Below, in pieces: positions 1 through 11,600 of a stretch of DNA of 64,000 bases. Source of the stretch: Ascoidea asiatica JCM 7603. Taxonomy: Eukaryota > Fungi > Ascomycota. Positions within the stretch are counted from its first letter, which is position 1. Each line of letters starts with the position of its first letter. The translations under genes and the position numbers were made by a program. Below the pieces are notes generated by a model. The model made no database searches and was not told the origin of the DNA. It saw nothing but the letters and a program-made list of their open reading frames with translations. The stretch lies in NCBI GenBank assembly GCA_001600695.1, contig BCKQ01000025.1:16722-80721 (forward strand), given 5' to 3'.

Positions 1-631
1 AAGGAATAACCCCGCTGAAAAGGCAGAAAGGCATAAAGGAACTCAAGTTCAATGATAAACATTCATTTCATATCATCATCATCCAATTGAAGATTATCAT
101 CAGAATTTAAATCGTATTAAAGAAAATATCAAAAATAAACATTCTTCAAATAATAATATAACATTACTGATACTGTTTTGGTTCATCATTTATCTGCATT
201 TTCTAATCGTCGAAGCACTTCAAATAGGTCTCTCTAAAATAATAATAACATGAACAAATATTCAATCAATTGAAGCTATTATAATCCATCAGCAAATAAT
301 ATCAACAATAGTATTTCTAATATCAAATTCAAATCTCAATTAAATTATTATCAAAAAGAATACCTAATATCATTATCTGTATTATCATTATCATTATCAT
401 TATCATTATCATGGATGAAGAAACATTCCAGATCTCCATGAAATACCTGCTAAAAAGAAATAAAACATCTGTTACTTGCTTACTATCTATATATAAAAAC
501 CCCATTAATAATGGTATATATAATCTAAACAAAAGCCAGCATTTATACTATAACACCCTATTCTTATCATTCAAGATTCAGTTTTTCAACAAAGAAACAT
601 TTTAATCTTTTCAATTTCAATTATAAAGATA

Positions 632-724
632 GTAAGTAATATAAAGAGATTATTTGGTAGTAGTTGATACAATTTTAATAAATATGAATAACTAACTATT
701 CATATAATAATCATCTTATAATAG
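632..724 (+). other. Putative 5'UTR spliceosomal intron of ECM7
   Basis: GTAAGT at 632, branch point AACTAAC at 690-696 (same variant as in the ATP18 and ATP2 introns), TAG at 722-724, 51 nt before the ATG at 776. Confidence 0.6.
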
Positions 725-775
725 AATAATAATAAAACAATCATTAATTACAATTCTTTTCAATTTATTATTACA

Positions 776-2251
776 ATGCCAATTTTAAAATCTAATGGAA
801 TAAATAAAAATATTTCAAAAAAATCATTTTTTTCAAAAATTTTTTCAAAAACTTTATTATTATATTTACTTAGAATTATTTGTCCAATAATAATTGTTAT
901 AGTTTTATTTATAATATATACTTGGAATATAAAAAATTATAAATCCATATATATGTTAAAATTAAATTGTGATCATGTTAATGTTGCTGATGGTTTATTT
1001 TCAGCTTTAAGAGATAATGCACAATCTTCATCTTCAAATACAATTGATGATCAATATGGTGTTGGTTTTACAACTTCTGAAATTAATATTTTAACAACTT
1101 ATACAACGGATCAAGTTCAAGATTGTCCACAGATTATATTATCTAATTTTAATAAATGGTGTTATGCAGATTATTCAAATTCAAATATTGATTCTGAAAT
1201 TTATTCAAATATTTATAATGATGATCTGTTAGATTATTCAAATCATTTAAAATTTCAAATTGGTGAATGTTTTGATTTAAATGATAATTTTTTTAATTAT
1301 ATTACCATTCTTGAAGATATTGGTTTAACAATAATTTTAGATTATGCTTATAATGGTGATTATTCAAATACAAATTCAACTTCTGATTATTCAAAATTAA
1401 TTAAAAAAATTGATAATTATAAAATTAGTATTCCAAAATTATTCTTAATTGGTTTAATTTCAAATTTTTTAATACTTGCATTCACTTTTCCAATTTTAAT
1501 TCTTTTATTCATAACTAATAATAATATAAATAATAATATTAATAATAATATTAATAATAATATTAATAATAAAGATAAAATGAATAAATTTTATAAAATT
1601 ATTTTTGAAATTTTATTACAAATTAATGGAATTTTATCTTTAATTTCTTTAGCTTCTATAACTCCAGCAACTGTTTTAACTTATATTTCTTGTTATAATT
1701 TAAAAGAAAGAATAAAAACTGAATTATCTTCTTTTGGAATTTGGTTACATCTTGGTAGAAGATGGTTCTCATTACTTTGGGGTTCTTTAGCTCTTTCTTT
1801 TACTTCATTTTGTGTTTGGGGTTTTACAACTTGGTTTATAATCCCAAGAAATTCATATATTAATTCAAATTCATCTTTAATTTCTTCAAATAATACTTCA
1901 ATTAATAATTTCAATACCAAAAATAATATCACCAATAATAATGATAATTCAATTGGCTCTAATAATATTAAAGAAATAATGAATAATAAAAATTATAATA
2001 AAAATTTAAATACTTCATCAAATTTAAATTTAAATTATGATTATCTGAAAAATTCAATTTCAAAAAAAAACTTTAATAATAATTATTCTTTTAATAATTC
2101 TTCAAATATATCTCTTGCAAAATCTCATCATTATGGATTTCAAGAATCTGATATTGAATTAATTGATTTACAAAAATCAAATTTAAAAAATAATATTAAT
2201 ATCAATACAATTGGTTCTGAAAATAATTCAAGTTCATCTGTTGATAAATAA
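776..2251 (+). CDS. ECM7: Ecm7, Sur7/PalI/claudin-like membrane protein (calcium uptake regulator)
   Basis: Motifs GVGFTTSEINILTTYT, LEDIGLTIILDYAYN and RIKTELSSFG..HLG..WFSLLW closely match S. cerevisiae Ecm7; four hydrophobic segments. Confidence 0.9.
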   Translation: MPILKSNGINKNISKKSFFSKIFSKTLLLYLLRIICPIIIVIVLFIIYTWNIKNYKSIYMLKLNCDHVNVADGLFSALRDNAQSSSSNTIDDQYGVGFTTSEINILTTYTTDQVQDCPQIILSNFNKWCYADYSNSNIDSEIYSNIYNDDLLDYSNHLKFQIGECFDLNDNFFNYITILEDIGLTIILDYAYNGDYSNTNSTSDYSKLIKKIDNYKISIPKLFLIGLISNFLILAFTFPILILLFITNNNINNNINNNINNNINNKDKMNKFYKIIFEILLQINGILSLISLASITPATVLTYISCYNLKERIKTELSSFGIWLHLGRRWFSLLWGSLALSFTSFCVWGFTTWFIIPRNSYINSNSSLISSNNTSINNFNTKNNITNNNDNSIGSNNIKEIMNNKNYNKNLNTSSNLNLNYDYLKNSISKKNFNNNYSFNNSSNISLAKSHHYGFQESDIELIDLQKSNLKNNININTIGSENNSSSSVDK

Positions 2252-2788
2252 TAGACTATTATCTAACAATACTACTTATTATACTATTTAATATACTTTT
2301 TTTTTTCAATTCTTCACTTCTTCAAACATTCAATTCTTCATTTATTCATTTATTTATTTATTTATTTATTTATTTTCTTCAATTTTTATATTTTTTTTTC
2401 AAGCATAACTTATTCATTCACCAACTTCATATCCTCATTTTCCAATTCAAATAACTGAATGATCAATTCAATGGTTCAAATATTATATTAAACTTGATAA
2501 ATGTATTTACCTGAATTATTTTTATTTGTGTTATTTCTCTTCCAGCTTTATTTCAATTTTACCGCCTGTGCACAAACAAAAAATCTGAATCTTCGGCTTT
2601 AACGTCAGTTCAAATTCTCATAGTTAAGAAACTGTCTTTATATCAACTAAATTAAAATACATTAACTAAATTAAAATAAATCAAATATCTTATTATTATT
2701 ATAAGAAAAGACTAAAACTAAGTTTTGAAAGTCAATTAAATCAATTCGAAAATTTAAAAAAAAATAGAAAATTTAAACTAATCGAAAT

Positions 2789-5083
2789 ATGTATAGCTTT
2801 ATAGCAGAAACAATTTCAAATTATTGGTATCAAAATAATGATAATTCTCCAAATACAATTCATTCAAATAAAAATTCATTAAATCATTCAATTTCTTCAA
2901 CTAATTCTTCAGAAAGATCAAGTCCAATAATCTCTTCTCCATTTAAATCAAATTTAAAATCAATTACTCCTTTAATTCATTTAGATAATTTAAATTTAAA
3001 TTTATATTCAACAAAATCAAATACTTCTAATAATTTCAATAATTTAAAAATTTCTGATTTAAATTCTAATTCAAATTCAAATTCTAATTTTTATTCTCAT
3101 AATCATACTCAATCTTTAGAATTATATAATTTAAATAATATTGATTATAATTTTTATAATGATGTAAATAATAAAATTTCTAAAAAACTAGATGAGAATA
3201 AAACTATGGATTATTTAAAAAGGGAAATAAATAAAGAAAGTGAAGATATTTTAAATAATTCAAATAACTTAAAAATTTCAAAAAAATCTAAAAAACATAT
3301 CAATTTATCAATGACTAATAAAATGAAAAAAGTTAAGCTAAATAAACCTTTTAAAGTTAATGAGGGTACAAAAAATTTAAAACAATCAAAAATCTATAAA
3401 AACAAAATCAAAGAAATTGAAAATATTGAAAAAAATAAAAATGACAAATATTTAAAGACATTTTATATAAATAGTAGTAGTGATAATGATAGCAATAACA
3501 ATAACAATAATATCAAAAATAGTAACAATTCAAAAAAAAATAAGAATGAAAAAAAAAAAAAATTAAACTTTAAATCAATTATAACATTAAGATTTCCAAA
3601 TTTAACAATTAAAAAATGTATAATATGTAGTTTTTTAATTTTAATTTTTTTAATGATTAATCAAATTTTACTTTTCTTAAGTATTTTAACATGTTCAAAT
3701 TCAAAAGGTAAATGTTTACCACAATTAAAATTTGAATTTATCGAAAAAACAGAATTTTCAAAAGAAATTTTATCATCTGCAAAAGATGTATTTAAAGCAG
3801 TTACATTTTTAGCTAATGATATGCCAGAAAATGGATTTTTTTTTTTTGATCAAAATGATAATCTTAATAATAATAATTATAATAATAATAATAATAATAA
3901 TAATAACGATATTTATTATAATGATAATGATATGGATATGCTTAATGAAAATTTATATAATGAAACAATTTTAAATGAAATGAATAAAGTTATTAAAGAT
4001 TCTTATCGAAAAAATTCAGATATTAATACATTTAGTACAAATAATGAATATGAATTAAGTTTTATGAGTTATTGTAGAATTAAAGATAAGAATAAACAAA
4101 AATTTTGTACTGGATTTTTTTTAAATGGAATTGATATAATTTCAACATTAATTAGAGATTCAGGAATTCAATTAGGAGAATTAACAGAAAATGATGATTT
4201 AAAATTAATGGGAGATTCATTTGCACTTGTTTATGAAATATCATTGTTAAATGCCAAAAAATTGAAAGATTTAAGTAAAAAAACTGATACTAATAAAGGA
4301 AAAGACGATAATGATAATAATAGTAATAATAATAAAAGTGATGATGATTATGATTATGATATTAATATTGATGACTATAATACTGATAATGTTGACTTGA
4401 GTGATGAAGAAAAAGAAAAAAAATTAAATTTATTAAAACTAAATCAAAAAAAAAAAGATAAAAAGGTTCTTGAAAAGGCAATTTCTAAAGCTTTATTATT
4501 AAGAGTCATAAGTAAAGTACTTCCAAGAATTATTAAGATTGTAATTTTTATAAATTTCATAAATATTATAATTTCAATTACATATATAATTATTGGAATT
4601 TTTTTATGGAAAATCAAAAGAAAAATAAGTAATGATGGAATATATTTTGAAGCTTCAAATTCAATAGGAATTATTGGATCAAGTGATTGTAATAATATCA
4701 ATGATAATAGTTTATTTGATCATAATGAAGATATTCCAGAATCTAATAAAATTGGAGATCATATTGATAATGAAAATGACAATGACAATAATAACAATAA
4801 TGAGACTAATAAAAATTATTTTTTCAAATTCATTTCATATTGTTTGAAGCATAGAACCAGAGTAACTAGAATATATATAATAAGCACTTTAATAATTGTA
4901 ATTCTAAGTTTTATTGTTGGAATAACAATGAATTGTTATATAAAACAATTAAGTAAATTATTAACAAAATCACTTGGATTAGCACTTATTAAACCTGGAG
5001 AAGGAACTTTTTTAATTTGGGGAACATTTTCGTCTGGAATTGTACTTTTTATCCTACTTGTTTTAGTTTTATTTGTATTTTAA
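2789..5083 (+). CDS. SMA2: Spore membrane assembly protein Sma2 with long N-terminal extension
   Basis: QILLFLSILTCS..KCLPQL, TFLANDM, NTFSTNNEYELSFMSYCR and GIDIISTLIRDSGIQLGEL...LMGDSFALVY match Sma2 orthologs; C-terminal TM helices. True start codon uncertain. Confidence 0.8.
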   Translation: MYSFIAETISNYWYQNNDNSPNTIHSNKNSLNHSISSTNSSERSSPIISSPFKSNLKSITPLIHLDNLNLNLYSTKSNTSNNFNNLKISDLNSNSNSNSNFYSHNHTQSLELYNLNNIDYNFYNDVNNKISKKLDENKTMDYLKREINKESEDILNNSNNLKISKKSKKHINLSMTNKMKKVKLNKPFKVNEGTKNLKQSKIYKNKIKEIENIEKNKNDKYLKTFYINSSSDNDSNNNNNNIKNSNNSKKNKNEKKKKLNFKSIITLRFPNLTIKKCIICSFLILIFLMINQILLFLSILTCSNSKGKCLPQLKFEFIEKTEFSKEILSSAKDVFKAVTFLANDMPENGFFFFDQNDNLNNNNYNNNNNNNNNDIYYNDNDMDMLNENLYNETILNEMNKVIKDSYRKNSDINTFSTNNEYELSFMSYCRIKDKNKQKFCTGFFLNGIDIISTLIRDSGIQLGELTENDDLKLMGDSFALVYEISLLNAKKLKDLSKKTDTNKGKDDNDNNSNNNKSDDDYDYDINIDDYNTDNVDLSDEEKEKKLNLLKLNQKKKDKKVLEKAISKALLLRVISKVLPRIIKIVIFINFINIIISITYIIIGIFLWKIKRKISNDGIYFEASNSIGIIGSSDCNNINDNSLFDHNEDIPESNKIGDHIDNENDNDNNNNNETNKNYFFKFISYCLKHRTRVTRIYIISTLIIVILSFIVGITMNCYIKQLSKLLTKSLGLALIKPGEGTFLIWGTFSSGIVLFILLVLVLFVF

Positions 5084-5224
5084 TTTGATTCGAATTGAAA
5101 TAAGTAAAATCAAATAAATAATTAAATAAATTCATCTCATTCTTTGTAACTGTTGAAATTAAAGGTTTATTTTGTAATATTCGAGTAGTTCCAAAATGGG
5201 TAACTCGGAAGTGGGAAAATACAG

Positions 5225-5351
5225 CCAATTACGAGGGTTTCTCGTGATTTATATTTTTAATGTAATTGAGACCATATTTGAGGTACTACTTTTGGCATCT
5301 ACCACTATGGTGGGTCACATGAGCATTTGAATTTAGAGTGTCTTGATTGGT
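5225..5351. promoter_or_regulatory. CCAAT (Hap2/3/4/5) boxes upstream of NUJM
   Basis: CCAAT at 5225-5229 and TGATTGGT (TNATTGGT consensus) at 5344-5351, upstream of a respiratory gene. Confidence 0.5.
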
Positions 5352-5531
5352 GATTTGTTTTGGTGTGTTTAGTTCTGAGAGGAAGATTGAAGAATATTGA
5401 GATTAGTGGTGATAATGGAGAAGTTGGAGAAGTTGGTGATATTGAATTGAAAACAGTTTGAATGAGATATATAATTGTACCAGGAGGGAAGTGATAAATA
5501 AACTAAATAGAAGTATAGGAATAAATTAATA

Positions 5532-6140
5532 ATGAGTGAAGCAGCAGTTGAAGTTCCAATAGAAGTACCTGATTCTTCTTTTAAATTTCCACGTTATAGA
5601 ATTTTAGATGCTGAATATAAACCAGTTGATACAATTTCAAATACAATTAATGCAGCATGTTTATCAGCATTAGCAGGAACAATATTAGCAGCAGCTAAGA
5701 ATTCTTTAAGTAAAGAAAAAGTTGGACCATTAGGTATATTATCAAGACAAGGAAAAACTTTAGCAGCAATAACAGTATCAGGTACTGCATTCACATTTGC
5801 ACAATCAGTTTCAATAAATTTAAGAAAAAATAATGATCCAATTAATGAATTTTATGGAGGTGCATTTACTGGATTTCTTTTAGGTTCAATTACAAAATCA
5901 GTACCAAAAATTTTTGGTTTAACTATTGGTATTGGAAGTTTATCTGGATTTTTTAGTTGGGCTGGACAATTAGTTGGTATTCAAAAACAATCAGCTTATT
6001 ATAATCAAAAAGATTTAAAAATTAAAGAATTTCCAAGTGGTGATGAAAATAAAAAACAAGGTTTCTGGGAAGTTGTTCAAAGAAGACCATTATCACAAAC
6101 TATTGAAGAATTAGGTACTGGACGTGGTATATTTAAATAA
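5532..6140 (+). CDS. NUJM: Complex I accessory subunit NUJM/NDUFA11 (Tim17/22/23-like)
   Basis: YKPVDTI...AGTILAAAKNSL..GPLGILSRQG and NLRKNNDPINEFYGGAFTG, plus C-terminal RRPLSQTIEELG. Confidence 0.85.
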   Translation: MSEAAVEVPIEVPDSSFKFPRYRILDAEYKPVDTISNTINAACLSALAGTILAAAKNSLSKEKVGPLGILSRQGKTLAAITVSGTAFTFAQSVSINLRKNNDPINEFYGGAFTGFLLGSITKSVPKIFGLTIGIGSLSGFFSWAGQLVGIQKQSAYYNQKDLKIKEFPSGDENKKQGFWEVVQRRPLSQTIEELGTGRGIFK

Positions 6141-6178
6141 TTTTTGTCCTATATATACAATATATATAAATTTATAAG

Positions 6179-6209
<31 letters not shown>

Positions 6210-6282
6210 TAATCAATAATTTATTTAAACTTCTATTCTAATAATTATTCTAATAATTATTCTAATTTATTCATTTATTATA

Positions 6283-7518
6283 TTATAAACCCATACTTCT
6301 TAAGACATCTAATTCATCTTGATCTATATTATCCATATCATTATCTATTTCAAAATCTAATTCATTCTCTATTTCATTATCTTTTTTATTATTTATTTTA
6401 TTATCTTTTTCACTGTCTTGTTTATTTGTTGGAGGTTGGGAATATTTAGTTGTTAAATTCATGAATTCTTCGTCATCATCATCATCAAAGTCATCATCAA
6501 ATATATCATCAAAATTCTCTTTCTCTTTCTCTTTCTCTTTCTCTGGTTCTTTGTCTTTTTCTATTTCTTTCTCTTTCTCCATTTGCTTTTCTTTCTCTTT
6601 TTCTTTATCCTGTTGTATTTCTTTTTCTATTTCTTTATCAAAATCATCATCTTCATTATCATCATCATCGTCATCATCATCAGAAATTATATTTCTTTTT
6701 CTTCTTAAATTTGATTTATTTGGTGATATTATATCATCTTTATCTGTAATATTATTTGTAGTACTAATATTTATATTATTTGATAAATCATTTGAATCAT
6801 AATCATCACCAACAAATAATGAATTTGATTTATGTATTTGACTTTGATTATTATTTGTATCTATATCATTTACATCATCATCACTTAATATTATTTCCTC
6901 AGTTTGTTTTTGTTTTTGTTTTTCTTGTTCTTTTTCTTTTTCTTTACCTTTATCTATATCTATAATTACATTTCTATCTATATTTTTATCAGTAGATACA
7001 TCAATATTAAAGAAATTATTTGAATCATATTCTGAATTAATTAAAATTTTTCTATACTCTTTTAAATATTGATCAGTTTTTAAATTATTATTATTATGAC
7101 AATAATAAATAAAATCATAAAATGAATAATTTGGAAATAAATTATGAGCCCATAATGCATAAAATTCTAATAATTTAATTAAATTATCATATTGAAATTT
7201 AAAATTATCTTTTTTTTTGAATAATTTTAATTCATTTCTTCTTTTCTTAAATAATTTATTTATTTTATTACTGTTTTTTAAAATATATGGTAATCCTTTA
7301 TTACTTAATAATTTTTCAGAATCTAATTTAACTCTTTTTCTAATTTTTGTTATTTTTAAATCTTCTTCATTAAGACCTAATATATCATCTTTTTTTTTTG
7401 AATTTGAATTTGATTTGGAATTAAAATCATTTAAATCTTCTAAATCACTTGAAATATCCTGAAAATAATCATTCTCAATTCCTATATCAAGCTCCTCATT
7501 CAAATCTCTCATACTCAT
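6283..7518 (-). CDS. CSM3: Replication fork protection subunit Csm3/Swi3/Tipin
   Basis: Swi3 domain RKRVKLDSEKLLSNKGLPYI...LLEFYALWAHNLFP; acidic disordered tail; paired MCB sites upstream. Confidence 0.9.
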   Translation of the reverse strand: MSMRDLNEELDIGIENDYFQDISSDLEDLNDFNSKSNSNSKKKDDILGLNEEDLKITKIRKRVKLDSEKLLSNKGLPYILKNSNKINKLFKKRRNELKLFKKKDNFKFQYDNLIKLLEFYALWAHNLFPNYSFYDFIYYCHNNNNLKTDQYLKEYRKILINSEYDSNNFFNIDVSTDKNIDRNVIIDIDKGKEKEKEQEKQKQKQTEEIILSDDDVNDIDTNNNQSQIHKSNSLFVGDDYDSNDLSNNINISTTNNITDKDDIISPNKSNLRRKRNIISDDDDDDDDNEDDDFDKEIEKEIQQDKEKEKEKQMEKEKEIEKDKEPEKEKEKEKENFDDIFDDDFDDDDDEEFMNLTTKYSQPPTNKQDSEKDNKINNKKDNEIENELDFEIDNDMDNIDQDELDVLRSMGL

Positions 7519-7678
7519 TTTTGATGACTGTCTTTTATTAATTATTACTTGCAGTTAGATCTTCTCATTATTTTGCATTTACTTCTTCATAAAAAGAATA
7601 CTTTCTTGAAAAGTCTCAAAAAGAATGTCTGAATTAAACTTTAGAATATAACTATTATATAATTATAAAGTTTCGATT

Positions 7679-7699
7679 ACGCGTTTTCTATTTACGCGT
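7679..7699. promoter_or_regulatory. Tandem MCB (MBF, G1/S) elements for CSM3
   Basis: ACGCGT at 7679-7684 and 7694-7699, 160-180 nt upstream of the CSM3 ATG. Confidence 0.8.
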
Positions 7700-8601
7700 C
7701 AGTTTTCAAATCTCGGACACCATACTGTCCCTGATACTTCCTATGCCTGTCCGTGTCCCGTCTTCTCGTCCTCTGCTGCCGTCGGCCTGAGCTCACTCAT
7801 GGCACTTTCCCACCCCAACCACAGCAAGCAAACAAGCAAGCAAACAAGCAAACAAACAAATAACGAACAAGCTTACCAATTATTCATCAACTCACATTTA
7901 TAATCAATATCAAGATATCAATAATAACAGAAATAACAGAAACAAATAAAATAAAGGTCAAATTTATTAAAGAATTATATCAATTCAATTCCAAATATAA
8001 TCTTCAATTTGTTCAAATTCATATTCAATTCATTTCAAATTTATTTCTACAATTTCTTTTTTTCTCTATTTTCATAATTCTTCTCTAAATCTAATTCATT
8101 AATCCATTCAAACCTAATTCAAATCTAAATTCAATCTAAATTTATTCCAATTCAAATCCGATTGATTAAATTTCTCAAAAATATTAAATATATCTCGCAA
8201 TAGTCATCCATAATTTTACTATCTTCAATTTATTTATATTTACTTAATAATCTTCTCACCTTTTACTTTCTTTATTCATATTTATTTATAATAATATTTA
8301 TATTCAATTCATGCCCAGATTTAAAAAATTTCATTTTTTAGTTTAAGTTAATATTTCACTATCCTTATATCATTATATCATTATATCATTATCATTATAT
8401 CATTGTCATTATCTTAATAATAAATATCATTTTCAATTATATTTTTATTAAATCCTAAATTAATTTTAGTCAATTTAATTAATCAAATTTATAATAAATA
8501 TGATCATTTAATATATCTTTTTATATCATAATTCAATATACTGTATATATTATGAATTTCAAAGATATTAAATCATATACTGTATTAATATTTATAAAAA
8601 A

Positions 8602-11600
8602 ATGATAATAAACTTAAATAATTTACTCTCATATATTCAAAATTTATCATCATATATTCAAAACTTACCAATCATAAATAATTTATTAACAGATATAAAT
8701 ATAAATATAAATATAAATACAAATATTGATAAATTAATAAATTTAATTAAATTATTAATAAATATCTCAATTTTTTTCATAACTTTTATATTTCCAACTA
8801 TATTATCAATAAAAATCTTAAATTATAATAATTTATCACTTTTAAAATCTTGGATAAAATATTTATCAATATTATCAATTTTTAATTCAATTAATAATGA
8901 AAATTTTAATTCATTTAAAAATTTTATTTTTTTTAAAATTTTTTTAATAATTTGGTTATTTTCTCCATATTTTCAAGGTTATATTTATATATTTAATAAT
9001 TTATTTTTAAATAATTTTACAAAAAAAGATAAAAATAGAAATAAAAATAAAAATAAAAATACAAATAAATTTATATTCATTATTGATTTAATTTTTGATA
9101 ATTTTTTAAAATTTATTCATATTTCTTTATTATTTATAACTAAAAATATTCTTTTAAATTTACCAATTATAAAAAATTTAAATTCAACTATTTATTTTAA
9201 TGAAATTTTATTAAATATTAATCAATTTATTAATTTAAATAATTTCAATTCATCCATCATCAATAAGACCACCAATAATAATAATAATAATAATCAAAAT
9301 AATAATAATCAAAATAATAATAAAAATAATCAAATTTCAATCTCAATTAATCAATCTAATCAATCTAATTCATATAATCCAAAAATTAATTCAAATGATC
9401 CATCTGAACAATTTTTTACAAGTTTAAATAATTCAAATAATTCAAATAACTCTTTATCTTCTTTAAATAATTCTTTAAATAATTCTTCAAATTTAATTAA
9501 ATATAATGATAAAAATATATATTTAAATTATTTCTTAATTTTACATAATGAAAAACTTTCTTATTCTTTAATTTTGGATTCCTTATTAAATGGTTTTAAT
9601 TTATTATTATTTAAACCAATTTTAAATATTTTTAAAATTTTAAAATTTATAATTAATTATTTCATAAATTATTTATTTCTATTATATAATAATTCAAAAA
9701 CAAGCACAATTTCAAACACCAATTCAAACACCCATTCAAATATTATTAATAACAATAACATTAATAATAATAGAAGAAATTTCTCAAATTACACTTTATC
9801 ATCAAACAAATCTCAAACAATAATAAAAGATAATTCCTCAAACTCTTCAAATTTAAATTCTTCAATCTCAAATTCAAATTCAAATTCCGCTTTAACTTCA
9901 AACACAATTTCTTCTTCATTACCAAATCTGTCAATTTATAATACCAACATTAATAATAATAGTAATAATAATAATAGATATTCAATACCTCAAATTCAAA
10001 TTAATAATAAATCAACTTCAATAAATAACTCAAATATTAAAAATACCAATTCAAATAGTTTATCAAATTTAAATCAATTAAATCAATTAAATCAATTAAA
10101 TGATAATTCAACAACTTCTTTATCTTTTCTTAAAAAAATTGCAAGATCAAGATCAAGATCAAAATCAAAATCAAAAGCAAATTTAAGTGATTATAATGAT
10201 TTCATAACTAATTTAAATAATAATAATAATAATAATAATAGTAATAATAATAACGTTATCACTAACACCAGTCCTAATAATAACATTAATCAATTGATAA
10301 ATAAAAAAGCAAGATCAAATTCAACAATTTCTTATGATAATAATTTAATTCCAGGTTCAGGTTCTGGTTCAAATTCAGGTACAAGAATTAGTGAAATTAT
10401 TGAAAATAATATTATTGGTAGTGATAGAAGAAATTCTTTTAAAGATTTTTTAAAAAGAACTTCATCAATAATTTCAAATAAAGGTACAAAACAAACTTCT
10501 CCAACTTTAACACCTGATTCTTCAAATGTTAATTTATATTCTTTAAATCCAATAACAATTACTAATAATTTAAATGATTATCTTGGTTCTATGAATAATA
10601 ATAATAATAATAACTTAAATCAATCTCAAGATAAACTTAAACCTGAAAATGAAAATAATAATGTTTCAAGCCCGACTTTATCTATTAAACCAACAACTAG
10701 ATCTCAAAGACAATATTCTTCAACTTCTACAATAATGCCTCTATTAAATGATAATTATTCGCCAATTAAAAATCTTAAAAATTCTAATAATTCAAATATT
10801 CCAGACAAATCAAACTCAAATTCAAAAGTTTTATCAACTACAAATAATCATTTTCATAGTGATGATATTTTAAATAATCCTCGTAGAAATTCAAATCTGT
10901 CTATTGATACAAGTTTAACAAATAAATCAAATCCATCAGGTCAAGCTCAATATCAACAATTTTTAACAAATTTAAATAATAAAAATATTACTAATAGAAT
11001 TCAACAAGGTAGAAAAAGAGGTTTAACTAATAGTAGTTCAATTTATGTAACTCATGATTTATATAATGGTGCAGAATTAGATAAACCTGAAATTTATGAT
11101 AAAGAAGGTAATATGAAAAAAAATACAATTAGTGATTTAAATAATGATAAAGAAAAAAATGAAATTATTAATAATAATAATTCTGAAAATGGAAATAAAG
11201 AGGTTTTAAAAGAAAAAGCAAGAAATAATTCATACCATGCTTTAATAGATTCAAATGATCCTCCATCTTCTTTAAGTACGAATGGTTCTGATTCTATCCA
11301 TGGAAATGATGAAAATAAGTATAATAGTCAAGTTCATCATACTCATAATAATATTAATAATAATCCAAGAAGACAAAAGAGTTCAAGTTTCAATTTCGGA
11401 GCTGTTGAAAATAAAAATACTCTGACACCATTAAAAGGAAATCATTTAGAAACTTTATCATCTTCTGCACTTGATTTACAAGAAAATAAAAAAGTATCTG
11501 AATTGTCATTCAAAAAAACTAATTCTCATACTAGAAATTCTAGTGTTTTAAATTTAATACAGAGAAAAAATAGTAATAAACCTGATATAGTTACCCCAAC

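Noticed and set aside
329-605. Short ORFs 329-532(-) and 411-605(+)
   Set aside because: Built on an (ATCATT)n repeat or the ECM7 leader; no recognisable protein features
6461-7462. Antisense/shadow ORFs overlapping CSM3, and similar ones inside other genes
   Set aside because: Reverse-frame readouts of low-complexity codon repeats in real genes
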